In this document: positions 27,822 through 40,125 of the stretch, piece after piece | Position numbering within the stretch: position 1 is the stretch's first letter | Layout: the number at the start of each line of letters is the position of its first letter | Assembly: GCA_904063045.1 (NCBI GenBank) | Contig: CAJFCJ010000017.1 | Coordinates: 62,001-126,000, forward strand | Reading direction: 5' to 3' | Origin: Dimorphilus gyrociliatus | Taxonomy: Eukaryota > Animalia > Annelida | DNA length: 64,000 bases | The notes under the pieces: model-generated | Databases searched by the model: none | The model's input: only the letters and a program-made list of their open reading frames with translations | Told to the model about the DNA's origin: nothing | Translations under genes and position numbers: made by a program

Positions 27822-29545
27822 GTGTCTTTCCGACGTATAAAAAAAATGTATTCATCTTAATACGCTCGAGTTTTTTCGGTCTTAATAAGACTTTAATATA
27901 TAATGAGATTTTCTTTCTTATCACCAGATTAAAAGGGGAAATTAATTAAAAAAAACTTAACTTTCCTAAAATGGTAACAAATTCCCAGGTAAACTTGACT
28001 ATATAATCTGACAATAGAAGTGGTACCTCACCTTAAAATAGACCTATAGTAGAGAGAGTACGCCACGCTTACTTAACCACCAATTAGGCTACTATCGCTG
28101 CTGTTTAATTTTCAGTCTTTTACTTAGAAAGGAGAGAATACAATATGTTTTTTATTATCTATTTTATATAACTATTTATTAATAAGTTTTATATTAAAAT
28201 ATTGCCAATAAAACTGGAAAAATAGTCACTGAACAGGAAATTATTAAATGAAAAATTAGTCATATTTTTTTTCTCTTTCTTCTTCCTCTTTTTACTCTTT
28301 TATCAATTGTCATCATCGTCATCCTCGTCAGTTTTTTGTTCTTTCCTTTCATTTTAACTAAACTACTCAATCATTGATCAAACTCTCCTAATCTCGCGGC
28401 AACAGATTCACTCTAAAAGCCTAATCTTACAATGACTACAAACAGTCGACAGGAAACGGATATAGAAAGTTTCCGTATTTAAATAGTCTTCTATGGGCTT
28501 AACGAACGTTCAACAAGCGTCTAAAATAGGGTTGAGATTCGTTACGAACCGTCCGTCCGTAGACTCAATTGCAAACGTCGATTACGGGAGGGGGCGCTGG
28601 ATAAAAAGGGAAGGAAAAATATCACGATTCGCGAATTATCGGCCGATATCTCTTGGAAAATTTCAAATAGCCTCCTAAATAAGCTTAATAGACGGTTTAT
28701 AGATGAATGAAAAGCCTACCGTTCTTTCATATCCGGCTTCTTGATTGTTCAAAATGGACGCTGTTAGTGCACAAAGTGTATCTCTTCTCTGCCGTCTCGA
28801 GTGCCGTCTATTTCGGCCTACTGAAGCGTCTAAAAAAGAAAATAAAGCATTATATATAGACTTTTATCGGTTAGAGTTGATTTTTAAAACACTTATTGTG
28901 TAAGATGACTATTATTAGTAGTAGCTGATATTTTTTAAGTAGATATTTAACGGTTGAATTTAATGGCATTTTCTCTATTGAAAAAACATGAAAGAGGCGG
29001 GGCTTATGGGTAGAAAAGGAAAAAACATAATATTTCTTCCAAAAAAACTTCAACTCCCACCGGCTTCCCTCCCACTGTTCCCGCCCTGTCTAAAAGAAAA
29101 AAGACGAGTTGGAAAGAACTCGGCATTGAGATATTGAATATGTCGCTATTTACAGCATTTATTCAACATAAATTCCTTTCGTACTGTTAATTATAAAGTT
29201 GTAGTTAATCCGAATAGTAATTAGACATAGAAGGAAAGAAAACACTCTTTAAAGAGCGCTTTTATTGATTGATTGAATAGTCACAAAATTTTAGCTGGGA
29301 AGCGGAAGGAAGAGAATAAGAAGAAAAGGGAAAAGATGGAGGTAAGGAAGGGAAGAGAGAATGCCGTGTTCCCTTTTCAAGACATTTCTTCTTCAAGGAA
29401 TATCCTCTAGTTTTTTCTTTTTATCAGAAATTCTTTCGGTTAGATCTTTCCCTTATCTTAATACGTCGAGTGAGACCCTAGTTCAATTATATATCTCTTC
29501 TTCTTCCTTACTTTTCCTACTTTTACATTACTCACCTTCGTTCAT
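15002..29545 (-). CDS. TRPC: Canonical TRP channel (TRPC / TRP-gamma-like), ~950 aa, 13 coding exons
   Basis: Exons (approx.) 29545-29536, 28829-28720, 26182-25764, 22513-22259, 20549-20367, 20310-20144, 17880-17598, 17419-17277, 17209-17112, 17053-16901, 16258-16102, 15977-15770, 15700-15002. Contains ankyrin repeats, the TRP_2 zinc motif [20 protein letters not shown], pore VFWSIFG, S6 LLNMLIA and the TRP box EWKFAR. The first two exons are inferred from splice sites and phase (MNEDASVGR...YERT|TSVEEQELL). The symbol is family-level. Confidence 0.93.
27761..27820. repeat. (CT)n microsatellite in a TRPC intron
   Basis: Directly visible. Confidence 0.95.
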
Positions 29546-30206
29546 TCTTGCTTTGATTAATCCGACGGAATAAATACTCTCCCGCAACACAGGAACATAA
29601 CAACTATAATGCGCGGCGTCTCTGCGCCAACTGCAAAAATTCCGGCCGCAATCAACGCTAGTCGCTTTCTCTTTTATTTCAACGAATTATTGTAAAGGGG
29701 AAAAAATTGCTGGTATTTTGCCCGTCGATTCACCCAACATTCCGAACTGCAATGTTAGTTTACATTTACGGCGTTATATGTTGTTTGGTTTGGGGGCTGC
29801 CTTGTTTGTTAGGCCTATTAGTTAGGTTTCTAATAGTAAAAGAGTATGGGTTTTATTGGAAAGAAATATGTTTTGAGAATGTAATAAATTATTGAAATCT
29901 ATTTTCAAAATTATTTCATACGAAAACAACTTTTTAATAAAAATTCTTTAACAGCTAAACTTCTCCAGGGTACATTATAAAAATATATACAATATACTAA
30001 TATATACTGTATATATATAGATATCTGTAACTATTCATATACATTCTTATAGATGAATTGTTATAATAATGAGTTTTTATTATGGTTCTTTCCAGACTTT
30101 CACTCACTTCATTGACGATAACGCCATCTACTTTTTATTACCAAAGATATGGTCAACTTTTTTAATTGTTTTCATACGAACACACACACACTCACTCACT
30201 CACTCA

Positions 30207-30254
<48 letters not shown>

Positions 30255-32652
30255 CTTTCTCTCTATCTCTCTCTCTATCTTACCGGTGGAAATGGAAAAA
30301 ATATGATAAAATACATGAATGTTTGCTTTCATACAAATCAATTATTTCACCTTATTTATTATTCATAACATTTTTCAAAGAATTCAATCATATTTTTTAA
30401 TAATTGATACAGAATTTATGAAAATCCTATTGTTTTTCAATGATACTGCAGCTATTTGAATTGAACGAAAGAATGACTGAATGAATAAATAAGCGAATAG
30501 ATAGATAGATATATTCATCGATAAATTCAGTGTTACTTTCAAGTTTTACCTGTTATCAAGAATAGGGAAAGTTGAAGAAAAAGAAGAAGAGGAAGAAGAA
30601 TAAAGCATTTTATTAAATTTCTGATCAGATAATGGTACGGTCAACGATGATTGAGTTGAATTGTTTATATTAAGCTATTAGGTTTACTATAGGGAAATTC
30701 TCCAGAGACAAAATTTTCCATAAGAACATACAAATAAATGAAGCAGTTGTTGCTACTCATCATTTAAATATTTTTCTCATCATGACTGATGTTCCATTTT
30801 TGCTGGGTAAATATGGAATTTAAACAATATTTCCAGAAGGCATATCTTAACATACTCTTTTATCGTAAATGTAACAAGGCTAATAACCAAAATGCCAAAC
30901 TGATAAACATTGTATATATAATACTTGTTAGGTAATAGAAGGAATGCAGGAATTTTATCTAGGTGGTTTTTTTTGCCCTCTCTACTCAATCTCGCTAGCC
31001 CCTCTTTCCCTCAGCGCCCCCCCCCCTCTCTCTCTCTCTGCCATTTTCTTCTTTTTCTTTTTTAACTTTTACCATGTTTCCATTTCTATTCTACCCTCTT
31101 CTCTATCGCTCATTCTCTCATTCTCTCATTCTCTCATTCTCTCTCTCTCTCTCTCTCTCTTTATTTAAGCTAGTTTAGTGATGGATGTAATTTAGGTAAT
31201 TCAGACTGACTGAATTGGAAAATCAATCACGTTTTTATTGTCGTTCCTGGAACGTACGATATGTAATAAACTGTATCTCGTCAAAAGATAAATTCTTTTC
31301 AATTTTCATGTCTACCGATTAAAACTATTGTAATTTTTTGCCTTCTTCTTTTATTCGAAAAGGGAATTTCCTACGCCTTCCATCAATTTAATTAAGTGAC
31401 AAGATTAAAAGTTATGGGGTGAATAAGAGTTTATAATTCAAACGAATTCTAAGAGAAGGCGCCTTAATCGCCAACAGAATGCGCTCCACCTGTACGAATA
31501 AAGGAAAATTAGAAGAGAGAGAGAGAGGGGTGAGGGAAGAGGAGGATGATGTGAAGAAAAAGTAAATTATTCTCATTTTGCCTTTTCAAAAATTATCTAG
31601 TAGATGGCGCAAAAATATGACTGAAAAATAAAATGTACTTCATTAGAGATCTCGTATAAATTCTTAATGAAAAGCAAATACGCTGTTCTTTCTGTCTTTT
31701 AAGTTATGCCAATATGTTTACTTTTGCTATAATCGAATAAGAAGAATCTTAGGGAGAGTAAATTACTATTTAATTGATTCTCGAGAAGAGAATTAAACGT
31801 CAACTTTCCTACAGATAAAAATGTTAAAAGGAGAAATAATGTATAAAGAGAATAAAGGAGAAGAAGGCAGAGGAAGCGGAGGAGTAGGAGGAGGAAGGGA
31901 AAGATTACGAGAAAAATAGAGAGAAGAAAGAGAACGGAAGAAACTATTCAATGATTTGTTTATGTTAATTTAGCGATAAGGACTAAGAAAAAAACAGTCT
32001 CTTCTTTATCCCCGTCCATATTTAATCGTATACTGTATATTCTCTCATTTTACAATAACCATGCTCCTATGGAGAAACATTACTCCATTATTTGCTCACA
32101 ATTATGTTTACGATACGATGGGTAAACGATAAAATGCAGCCATACAGCAATAACAACCGGCAGGAATAAGTTATAGGATTACCATTCCTTGAATAATCAA
32201 GATTTTCTTCAATCCTAACTTGGCCTAATAGGCGTACGTATTGTAGTAGAATAATTAAATGACTGATATGAATAATAATGAAGATATAGAGGGAAAAACA
32301 GACAAAAATATAGAAACTAGATAGATTGAGAAATTGAAGGCAAAGTACAAAAGTAAATGAAAATAATGCATTTTCTATCTTTTCTTTGTAGTTGTTCAAA
32401 AGGAGAAATAAAGGAGGTAGAGATGAAAGAAATTAAGCGAGAAGGCGATGGAAGACGGAATGAGAGATAGAGAGAAAGAGAGAAAGAAAAGTATGACTTA
32501 TCAATTGGTTGCTTAGTTTAAAAGCGTTTTTGTTATTGTTTATATAGTGTATAGATATGTATAGTATATAGGTTACGATGATCTTGCTTTCTACATTAAC
32601 CAATAAAAAACAAGCTGGTTTTTTTTATAATTCGCTAAAAATTCTCGATGAA

Positions 32653-32684
<32 letters not shown>

Positions 32685-32825
32685 TAAGAAAGGAAGAAAA
32701 GAAGAGAAGAAAAAGAAATAAGGTATAGAATTTACAAAAGTCTGTGAGAATTAGTTTGGGTTTACAACATCGATTAAAAAGTTTGGTGCACTAAACAACA
32801 AACTGTACGAACAAATTACGGACAT

Positions 32826-33122
32826 TTACAACTTAATAAATCTGCAAATCAACAAGTTTAAGGTCAAGAGGTCAACGGTAAACCCAAAATCGATAGTGAC
32901 AATTGATTCAGGGCAAACTTTTAAAGAAAAATATTTACGATAAACATCTGTAGGAAATTATCAGTAGGGCGTAGTAATTATAGACAAACCTTCGTTTAAT
33001 TTATCAAACATGCCTAAACCAGCTATTTTAACTGGGGCAGTCCAAATTTCTCGAATTCTTTGCTCTTTTAGGCCAACTTCTGGGGTTTTAACCTCCTTTT
33101 TGCTTCTTTCAAATCTGAGCAT
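32826..33122 (-). CDS. Candidate small spliced gene (~70-84 aa) or pseudogene of unknown function, absent from the ORF track
   Basis: Frame MLRFERSKKEVKTPEVGLKEQRIREIWTAPVKIAGLGMFDKLNE|DVYRKYFSLKVCPESIVTIDFG.... A 42-nt GT-AG intron (32989-32948) with a branch-like TACTGAT and pyrimidine tract removes two in-frame stops. A second possible 42-nt GT-AG intron lies at 32883-32842. Confidence 0.4.
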
Positions 33123-35285
33123 GTTGATTAAGTTTATTGCCCTTCTTCTCTCACTAAGAAATACTTCATAAAACGTGATATCAATTAAATAAGCTGACCA
33201 GCTTATCTCGATAAACTATTTCTTCGATTTTCCAGTAGTGAATGATTGACGGAGATTCCTATTTGACTGCAAACGCCTACTGCCAGATGTCCTCTCGTTC
33301 TGCAAAAATCCGTACAATCGCTTTCGTTTACTTTTTAAAAGAAATCTTTCCCGTTGCAGTTTTTCTTCATTTTGTTAATTTAATTATCAAAGTAATTATC
33401 ATTATTTCGTTGCATTTCCGCAAAAAAGATGGCCATACAAGTTTCTATTATTTCCTTTAATAGAAATATCAATAAACCAATAGGAGAAGAGTTCAAGTAC
33501 CGAGAGAAGAGAAATTAGAGGAGGGAGAAAGAGGATGACCCCTGGGCGAAAGGATAGTATTTTTTAAAACAGAATCTTAATATAAACTATGAAAGAATGC
33601 AATGTTTATGACATATTGACGCTGGTAAGAAAATTATACTGTAATATAATCCGCTAAATGGCATTAAACAAAACGTAGAAAAATATACTGCAATTTTGTT
33701 TATGAATAAGGCTGCAAAGTAAAACCATATAAGCTCAAAATATAACATTTCTTTAGCAGTATTTCTATTCTAATGAACCTTTATATCTTTATCTCTTTTC
33801 TTCAAACCTATCATTCTTTCTCTCTATCTATACTGCAAATGAACTGTCACATGTATTCACACCAAACAGATTTACAATAAAATTAACCAACCTATGGCAA
33901 TTTATGAAAACTTTTCCTTCTTTTAAAACTTTATCCTCCTACCTTTCTACTGTTTTCTCTCTCTCTCTCTCTCTCTCTCTCTTTCACTCTGTTACTTTTC
34001 GTTTACTTTCTTCCCATCATCTAACGAACAAGAAAACATATAAAAGTATATTGCAAGCATACCATTATCAAATTTTTCACATTCCCATTTTATTACGGGC
34101 TGTTACCCTTACAGGAAGCATCAAAGTCTAAGACGATGATGTATCATTCTATACTCATGTTTTCTAATCAATAAAATGCATTATTCTCAATATGGAATCT
34201 ATAAACAGTCTGTGTTTTATATTCTTGCAAGTTAACGAATAAATAAACGTTAATTTTTTTATTGAGAATTATCTAAATAGAATAAATTAAGGAATCGTTG
34301 CATTTTGTTTTTGTGTGTATTTCCTATTCTCCCCTTCTCTCTATCTATCTATCTTTCTTTCTTTCTATCTTTCTTTCTCTTTCATTTACATTTCTTTCTT
34401 CACTATTTTCCAGTTAATCTTTTTTATATAAAAAGAAAGTATAGTTGTAGAGATTTAATTGTTTATTTAGGTAAAGAATGATAAAGGATTTGCTTAAACG
34501 TTCCTTTTCACCAACTGTTATAGCGTTAAATATTATTGATAGACACTCTTGAACGATTTTCCTATCAAATTTATTCAAGTATTCTTCATTATATAACACA
34601 ATTGATTGATATTTGTTCTCTCTCTCTCTCTCACTCTCTTACTCTGGCCCAGTTTATTCCTTCAAAGAAATCTTTTACGAAAACTATTCTATCTCTTCTC
34701 TATTAATATTTATTCAACTAAATTTCTAACATTTCCTAGTCTATCCCTTTTTTTATTTAACAATGAAGACACGCACTCTTCTAGTTTCTCTTTAAGAAAA
34801 AGGACTAAAAATGTGAAAAATTAATTGACTAATTAATTAACTTATTTAAAATAAATCTTTATAGTAAATTAACGAAAGAAAATCTTGTTTTTTCGGTAAA
34901 TGAAGCATACTTACCGGATAAGAAGATGTTATTCTCACCCCTCAATACTCTTGTTTGTTTACGATGTGAAATATTTTAAATAGTTTCTATCAGAAATATT
35001 TCTTATCTTTTATCATTTAAAAACATAACTGGTATACCTATGAATCTCTTTTATAACGAACTGTTAATTCTACGGTTTGTTGCCCACCCTCCCTCTCCAG
35101 TAAATGGAAATTTTAATGCAGAGAAAAATTGGATTAGTACTTGAAATCACTTTATTTAAAAAAACAAAAAAACCCAATTGGTTTGTTTTTATATAAAAGT
35201 ATAAAGCGTAGAGTACAAGTTGTAGGACTATTGGATCCTCTTGCTTACACTAATGAAAACCTCAAGCTTTAGAATTCGCTTACAT

Positions 35286-35286
<1 letters not shown>

Positions 35287-35342
<56 letters not shown>

Positions 35343-35360
35343 TAGAGATAGAGAGATAGA
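35287..35360. repeat. (GA)n/(GATA) microsatellite
   Basis: About 25 GA units followed by degenerate GATA. Confidence 0.95.
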
Positions 35361-36010
35361 TTGATAGAAAGAAAGAGGGAGAGAGAGAGTGAGGGAGTCT
35401 GAAGAGGGAGGAAATGAAAGAAAGAGAGAGAGAGAGAGTCTGTGGAGGAAAGAAATGAAAGAAAAATAGAGACAGACAAGGAAGTTATAACGAGATGATG
35501 ATAATGATGATAAGTTAATCGATATATATTTTGATTAAAAGATTTTATCTTTCTCTATAAACTTATAAAATATTATTTTCCTTTCTGTTTAACTTCCATC
35601 TTTTCCTTTTCCTTTTCTTTTCACTATCTATTTTAAGCTCGTCGTATTTGTTTTAAAGTGATTTCATTTTTCATCTACCTTATATAGTCTTGTAAATCTA
35701 TATTGAATTATCAATTTTTTGCTGACTAAAAAAGCTATTCCACTACTATTTTCGGTTGTTTTTGTTTCTCGCTTCTCCAATGGAAAACAAGAGAAAAGAA
35801 AATAGTCGATATTCAAATGAACGTATCGGATAATTATCGATTTTTTTCTCTCTACCTAGGTAGGCCTTATCCGCTATTTATACAACATATTTTTGATAAG
35901 GCCACAGTAACGACGAGTGGCGAGTCAATAAAGGACGGATTTATTCTTTGTCACGGCTGCTTAAAGCGTAGTTCGTTCAACGAATTACAAACTAAAACAA
36001 GTTCGTGAAT

Positions 36011-37601
36011 ATGGCGACAATGTATTATCCACCTTATAGACCTCAAAGTGAACAAGTAAGTTATTTATAAGAAATTCTCATTAAAATATACTTCCTCTCT
36101 TTTCAATCGTTGCTGAGGATAGACAGCAATTTTTATGTAATATTTTTGATTTCGTGTTAAAATCAATGGTGTTGCTCTATAAACAAAACAATCGGAGATA
36201 ACGCACTTTAAATGTTGTATACTGCCTGTAAAATTTCAATATTAAATGTATCTTATATAGTTTATATATAAATTTATATATGTACTAGTATATTAGACGT
36301 GTCTACTGTATAGATAATATGAGAAGTAAAAGGGAATTTCGGCTTAAAAATAGGCGATCAGGTAGAATTCTGTCAATTAAATGAGGTATGAAATAAGATG
36401 AATGATCGATAATCGATAAAATCTTGATATATTGAAAAAATTAAGAGTATAATTTATATAATCAATATAGAAGAAGTAGAATGAGGAGGAGGAGGAGGAG
36501 GAGGGGGCGGAGAGAATGATATTAAATTGCAAAATGTTGGATCTGCTTTTTACTTTTCTTTCTTAGCTTCTAAATGACAATGACGATCAGCTACCTAGCC
36601 AAGACGCCCTGGAGAAAGTACTACCAGAATACAGTTATATATTCGTTGATCCTATTCCAAGGATAAAGCCTCCCGGATCTCTACTGAAGGATGCAAATCC
36701 TCAAGCAAATTCTTCCGATCCTTCTGATCAAGTCGTTTTACAGTACCAATTAGGAGAATTGCAAAGATATAGGGAAGCTGTTCACAGAATGGCTAATGAT
36801 ATTATTGCTTTAAGACAGCACATTACTGAATTGCAAAGCGTAAATAGTGGCCTAAAGTTACAACTGGCCCAGTTTAAAGACGCTAGCAGATTGATACACG
36901 ATTCAGCCGACTTGGATGGATTAACAAAAGAAGAAATGGTAGAGAGATACGCGGCCATAAAGCGGAAAGTAGTTAGTCAGTCTGCGGATATGGAAACGTA
37001 TAGGGAGAATATCAGACAATTGAAGAATTTATTAATAGATAAGGATGAAGATATTCAAAAGCTAAGTCGTGATACTTTGAATAAGGATAGTCAAATGAGG
37101 GTTTTAGCTAAACTAAGAGAGACTCAAGCAAAGTCCGAAAGGTATAAGAACGCAATTGAACAACAAGAGAAAGTCATTGAAAAATTAGAAAAAGTCTTAC
37201 AAAAATCATCGACGTCTAAAATATCATCTGAAAAGGGTAATGAACGTTACGAAGCTCTCCAGGCAGAAAATCAAAGATTAAAAGATCAACTACACAATTA
37301 TCAGGTATTTAAATAATTCTCTATTTACCTCTACTAAATACCATTTATTGAAATAAATAAAATATAGAAAGACGATAAAGAGAGGGGAAAGAATCAAAAA
37401 GAGAGTGACGAAGAACGTTTAAGAATGTATGAGAAAATTGATTTCTACGAAGAAAGGATAAAATCACTCGAGAGTCAAATTATAACGAGTGCTAAAGATT
37501 GGGGAAGAGAGAAGACTGAAATGAACTTGAAAATTCAAGAATTAAAGAGAAAGAGTAAAATTCGACCAGTATTTAGTCCGCATCACCGATTCGAGAAGTA
37601 A
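36011..37601 (+). CDS. CCDC33: CCDC33-like coiled-coil protein (~338 aa), C-terminal CCDC33 module only; 3 coding exons
   Basis: Exons 36011-36055, 36567-37304, 37368-37601 (all phase 0, open frame). Motifs ELQRYREAVHRMANDIIALRQ, IEQQEKVIEKLEKVL and ERIKSLESQI...WGREK match my recollection of the CCDC33 C-terminal coiled coil (RAMQKMAEDILSLR; HQEKVIEKMERVL; ARRWGREK). Confidence 0.75.
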
Positions 37602-38142
37602 TAAAAACTATGATTTATACGTAAAATTATGTAATTGTACATATTTCGTTATCAGTTCATTTGTAGCTGAATAAATCAATTATATTCTGAATATATTATA
37701 TATTAACGTAACTGTATGAAAAGAATAGAATTCCAATTTATTCATTCTTGTGTTGTGTAGGAGCTTTCTCCTTTTCCCTCTATCTCTATCTCTCTCTCTC
37801 TTTCTTTCTCTCTCCCTCTCTTTTCTCTCCTTTTTGCAAACTTTTCGTTACTTATTCAACATATAGTGTTTCGTGTAAGTATCAATATGTTTAACATTAA
37901 CAATTGTCAATTTCTTTATTCATTTCTAGATTAGATCAATACATATCTTTATGATAATCCCACGCTAATCCTCTATTCAAATCACAATATTATTCACTCG
38001 AATTGTTTATCAACAAGTAAATTTCTTGCATTTATTTTCCTTTTAGCAATTTTAATAGAAGAAAGGAATTTATGCTCTACTTTTTATCTGAAAACTTAAA
38101 CAATCTACTTGTTTATAAGTGTTTAAATCTGCGTTCGTTTGC

Positions 38143-38187
<45 letters not shown>

Positions 38188-40099
38188 CTTCTCTTCCTTA
38201 ATCTTCTTCTATCATCTTAAACAAATAGGTATCGAAACTAAAATTAGTATTATCTTGCCAAATATCAAGGCGAAGAGTATAGTTTTAGCCTCTCAGTTTG
38301 CCATTTCTCTTTCATATTTTCTTCTTAGGAGAAGAAAGGAAACAATACAAAAAGTTTTTAATAATAGAATAAAATTCCTGTCTAGGAACGAAAAAGGGAA
38401 AGATATGATTTTAAACTTGTTGGCTTCCCTTTTTCCTTTAATCCTTTAATTACTATTTATTTGTTTGTCTTTTTCATGAAAATTGTGAGATATCTCCATC
38501 TTTTTTGCTGTAGTAAACGTTTTATTACATCAACTATGCGAAGAATGTATAGTTTATATAATAAATTGCAGTAGATAGTTTTATATAAAATACTGCAATA
38601 ATCTTTTTCTTTTATTATTTCCCTGACTAATTTTTTTCATTGATTTCTCTTCTCTTTTCCCTTTACTTTTCCTCTAAGAGAAGTCAAATTTTGTTATAGT
38701 AGAAAATGGATTGTGAAGTTGACGACTTCCATTTGCTTAGTGCTCTTTATTTCACAAATAATAAGTAAGTTGAATACTAAAACAGTTTGATCTATCTGAA
38801 TGAAAATTCATAGATCTTTGTTTCCTTTTTTCTGTTTCTCACTTCTTTTTATCCATCTTCTTTTTTCCTACTGAACGCAGTTTCTAAGAGAGAAAAATAT
38901 CCATCTACTGTATATAGTATATTTATATTTGAAAAAGTCTCTTGCTAGTATCAAGAGGGAACTAATTAATTGCTTTTTCATAGAGAAAGAATAGACTGGA
39001 AAATCTATAATAGATAATAGATGGAGCCTTTTAAAGCATAGCTGTTAAAGATATTACTCTATTCTCAAAAATGTTCTTTCACTGGCTATATAGATGGATA
39101 ACAACAGTTTTGAGGTTCTGTTGCTAAGAGATACTATAAGTCATTTTCCATTTCAAGTATTACACACCTTGAATTTGTCTTCTTAGTTAATACTTCATTT
39201 AGTTCACTCATTCACCGCTACAATAAACTCCATCTAGCGATAAATGGAGAAAGCATTCGCTTGACTCTTTTACTATACACAATTGTAATCAAACCGTATA
39301 TGAGATAGACTAATTAAAGAAAAGAAAGTTGACTTTAATTGCAACGTATTTATGATAATGCTTACCTCTGAAATATTCAAGTCGCTAAATATTGGTAAAG
39401 TGAATAAAGACGGATTAATCCGTGCTACTAAAGAGATGTTCAAAAGTTTGAAAAATGATAGTATCACTCGGAAATGAGTTTTTTTTTCGGAAGAAAGGAA
39501 AGCCTATATGAAAGAGAAATTGAAAGAAGCGCTGTAGAGGAGGATCCTCATCTTTCTAATGGTGATCAGGTCATGAAGGTAACAGGGGATTGCTGTCATA
39601 GATCAGGAGGACAAATTTTCTATCTAAGAAACAAAATATGACGAATGTTTATTGGAGCGGAAGAAGAAGAGATAGGAAGAGAGAAAGATCATTTTGAAGA
39701 TACGTCTAAAAATTGAAGTGACCATTGCCAAACAAGGCATATAATTTGATTGCCTGTACGCATTCAGAATATTTAATGAATGTATATATACATTATATAT
39801 ATAATAATAGTTAATAATAATAATTTCAATGGAATATTTTTTGTATTGTTTAGTAAATCAACGAATAAAAGAATTAGCTTATGTGGAAAACAAGAAGATA
39901 AAGAAAGAATAACCTCTCTAACATGCCAATATAAAATATAAAGAAAAAAGTTACGAAAGTATACTTAAAGTAAACTACCTGGAGGTTGAGAAAAATGGTA
40001 GAGGTTATTAAGTTCCTTAACAAAAGGTGAAGATTGTCTTTGGTTTGCCGTGTAATCATCGTTGAAGAGACTCAATTGTCTATCCATCTATATATATAT

Positions 40100-40125
40100 A
40101 TATATACAGTATATACTGTATATAT
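40100..40125. repeat. Perfect 26-bp palindrome made of two opposed TACWGTA motifs within a (TA)n tract
   Basis: ATATATACAGTATATACTGTATATAT is its own reverse complement. Confidence 0.9.

Noticed and set aside
32888-32910. Both strands translate to SIVTID
   Set aside because: A by-product of an imperfect 21-bp palindrome with no independent support.
39100-39760. Patchy coding-like frames between CCDC33 and the GPCR
   Set aside because: Multiple stops and frame changes, no consistent splice model and no family motif.
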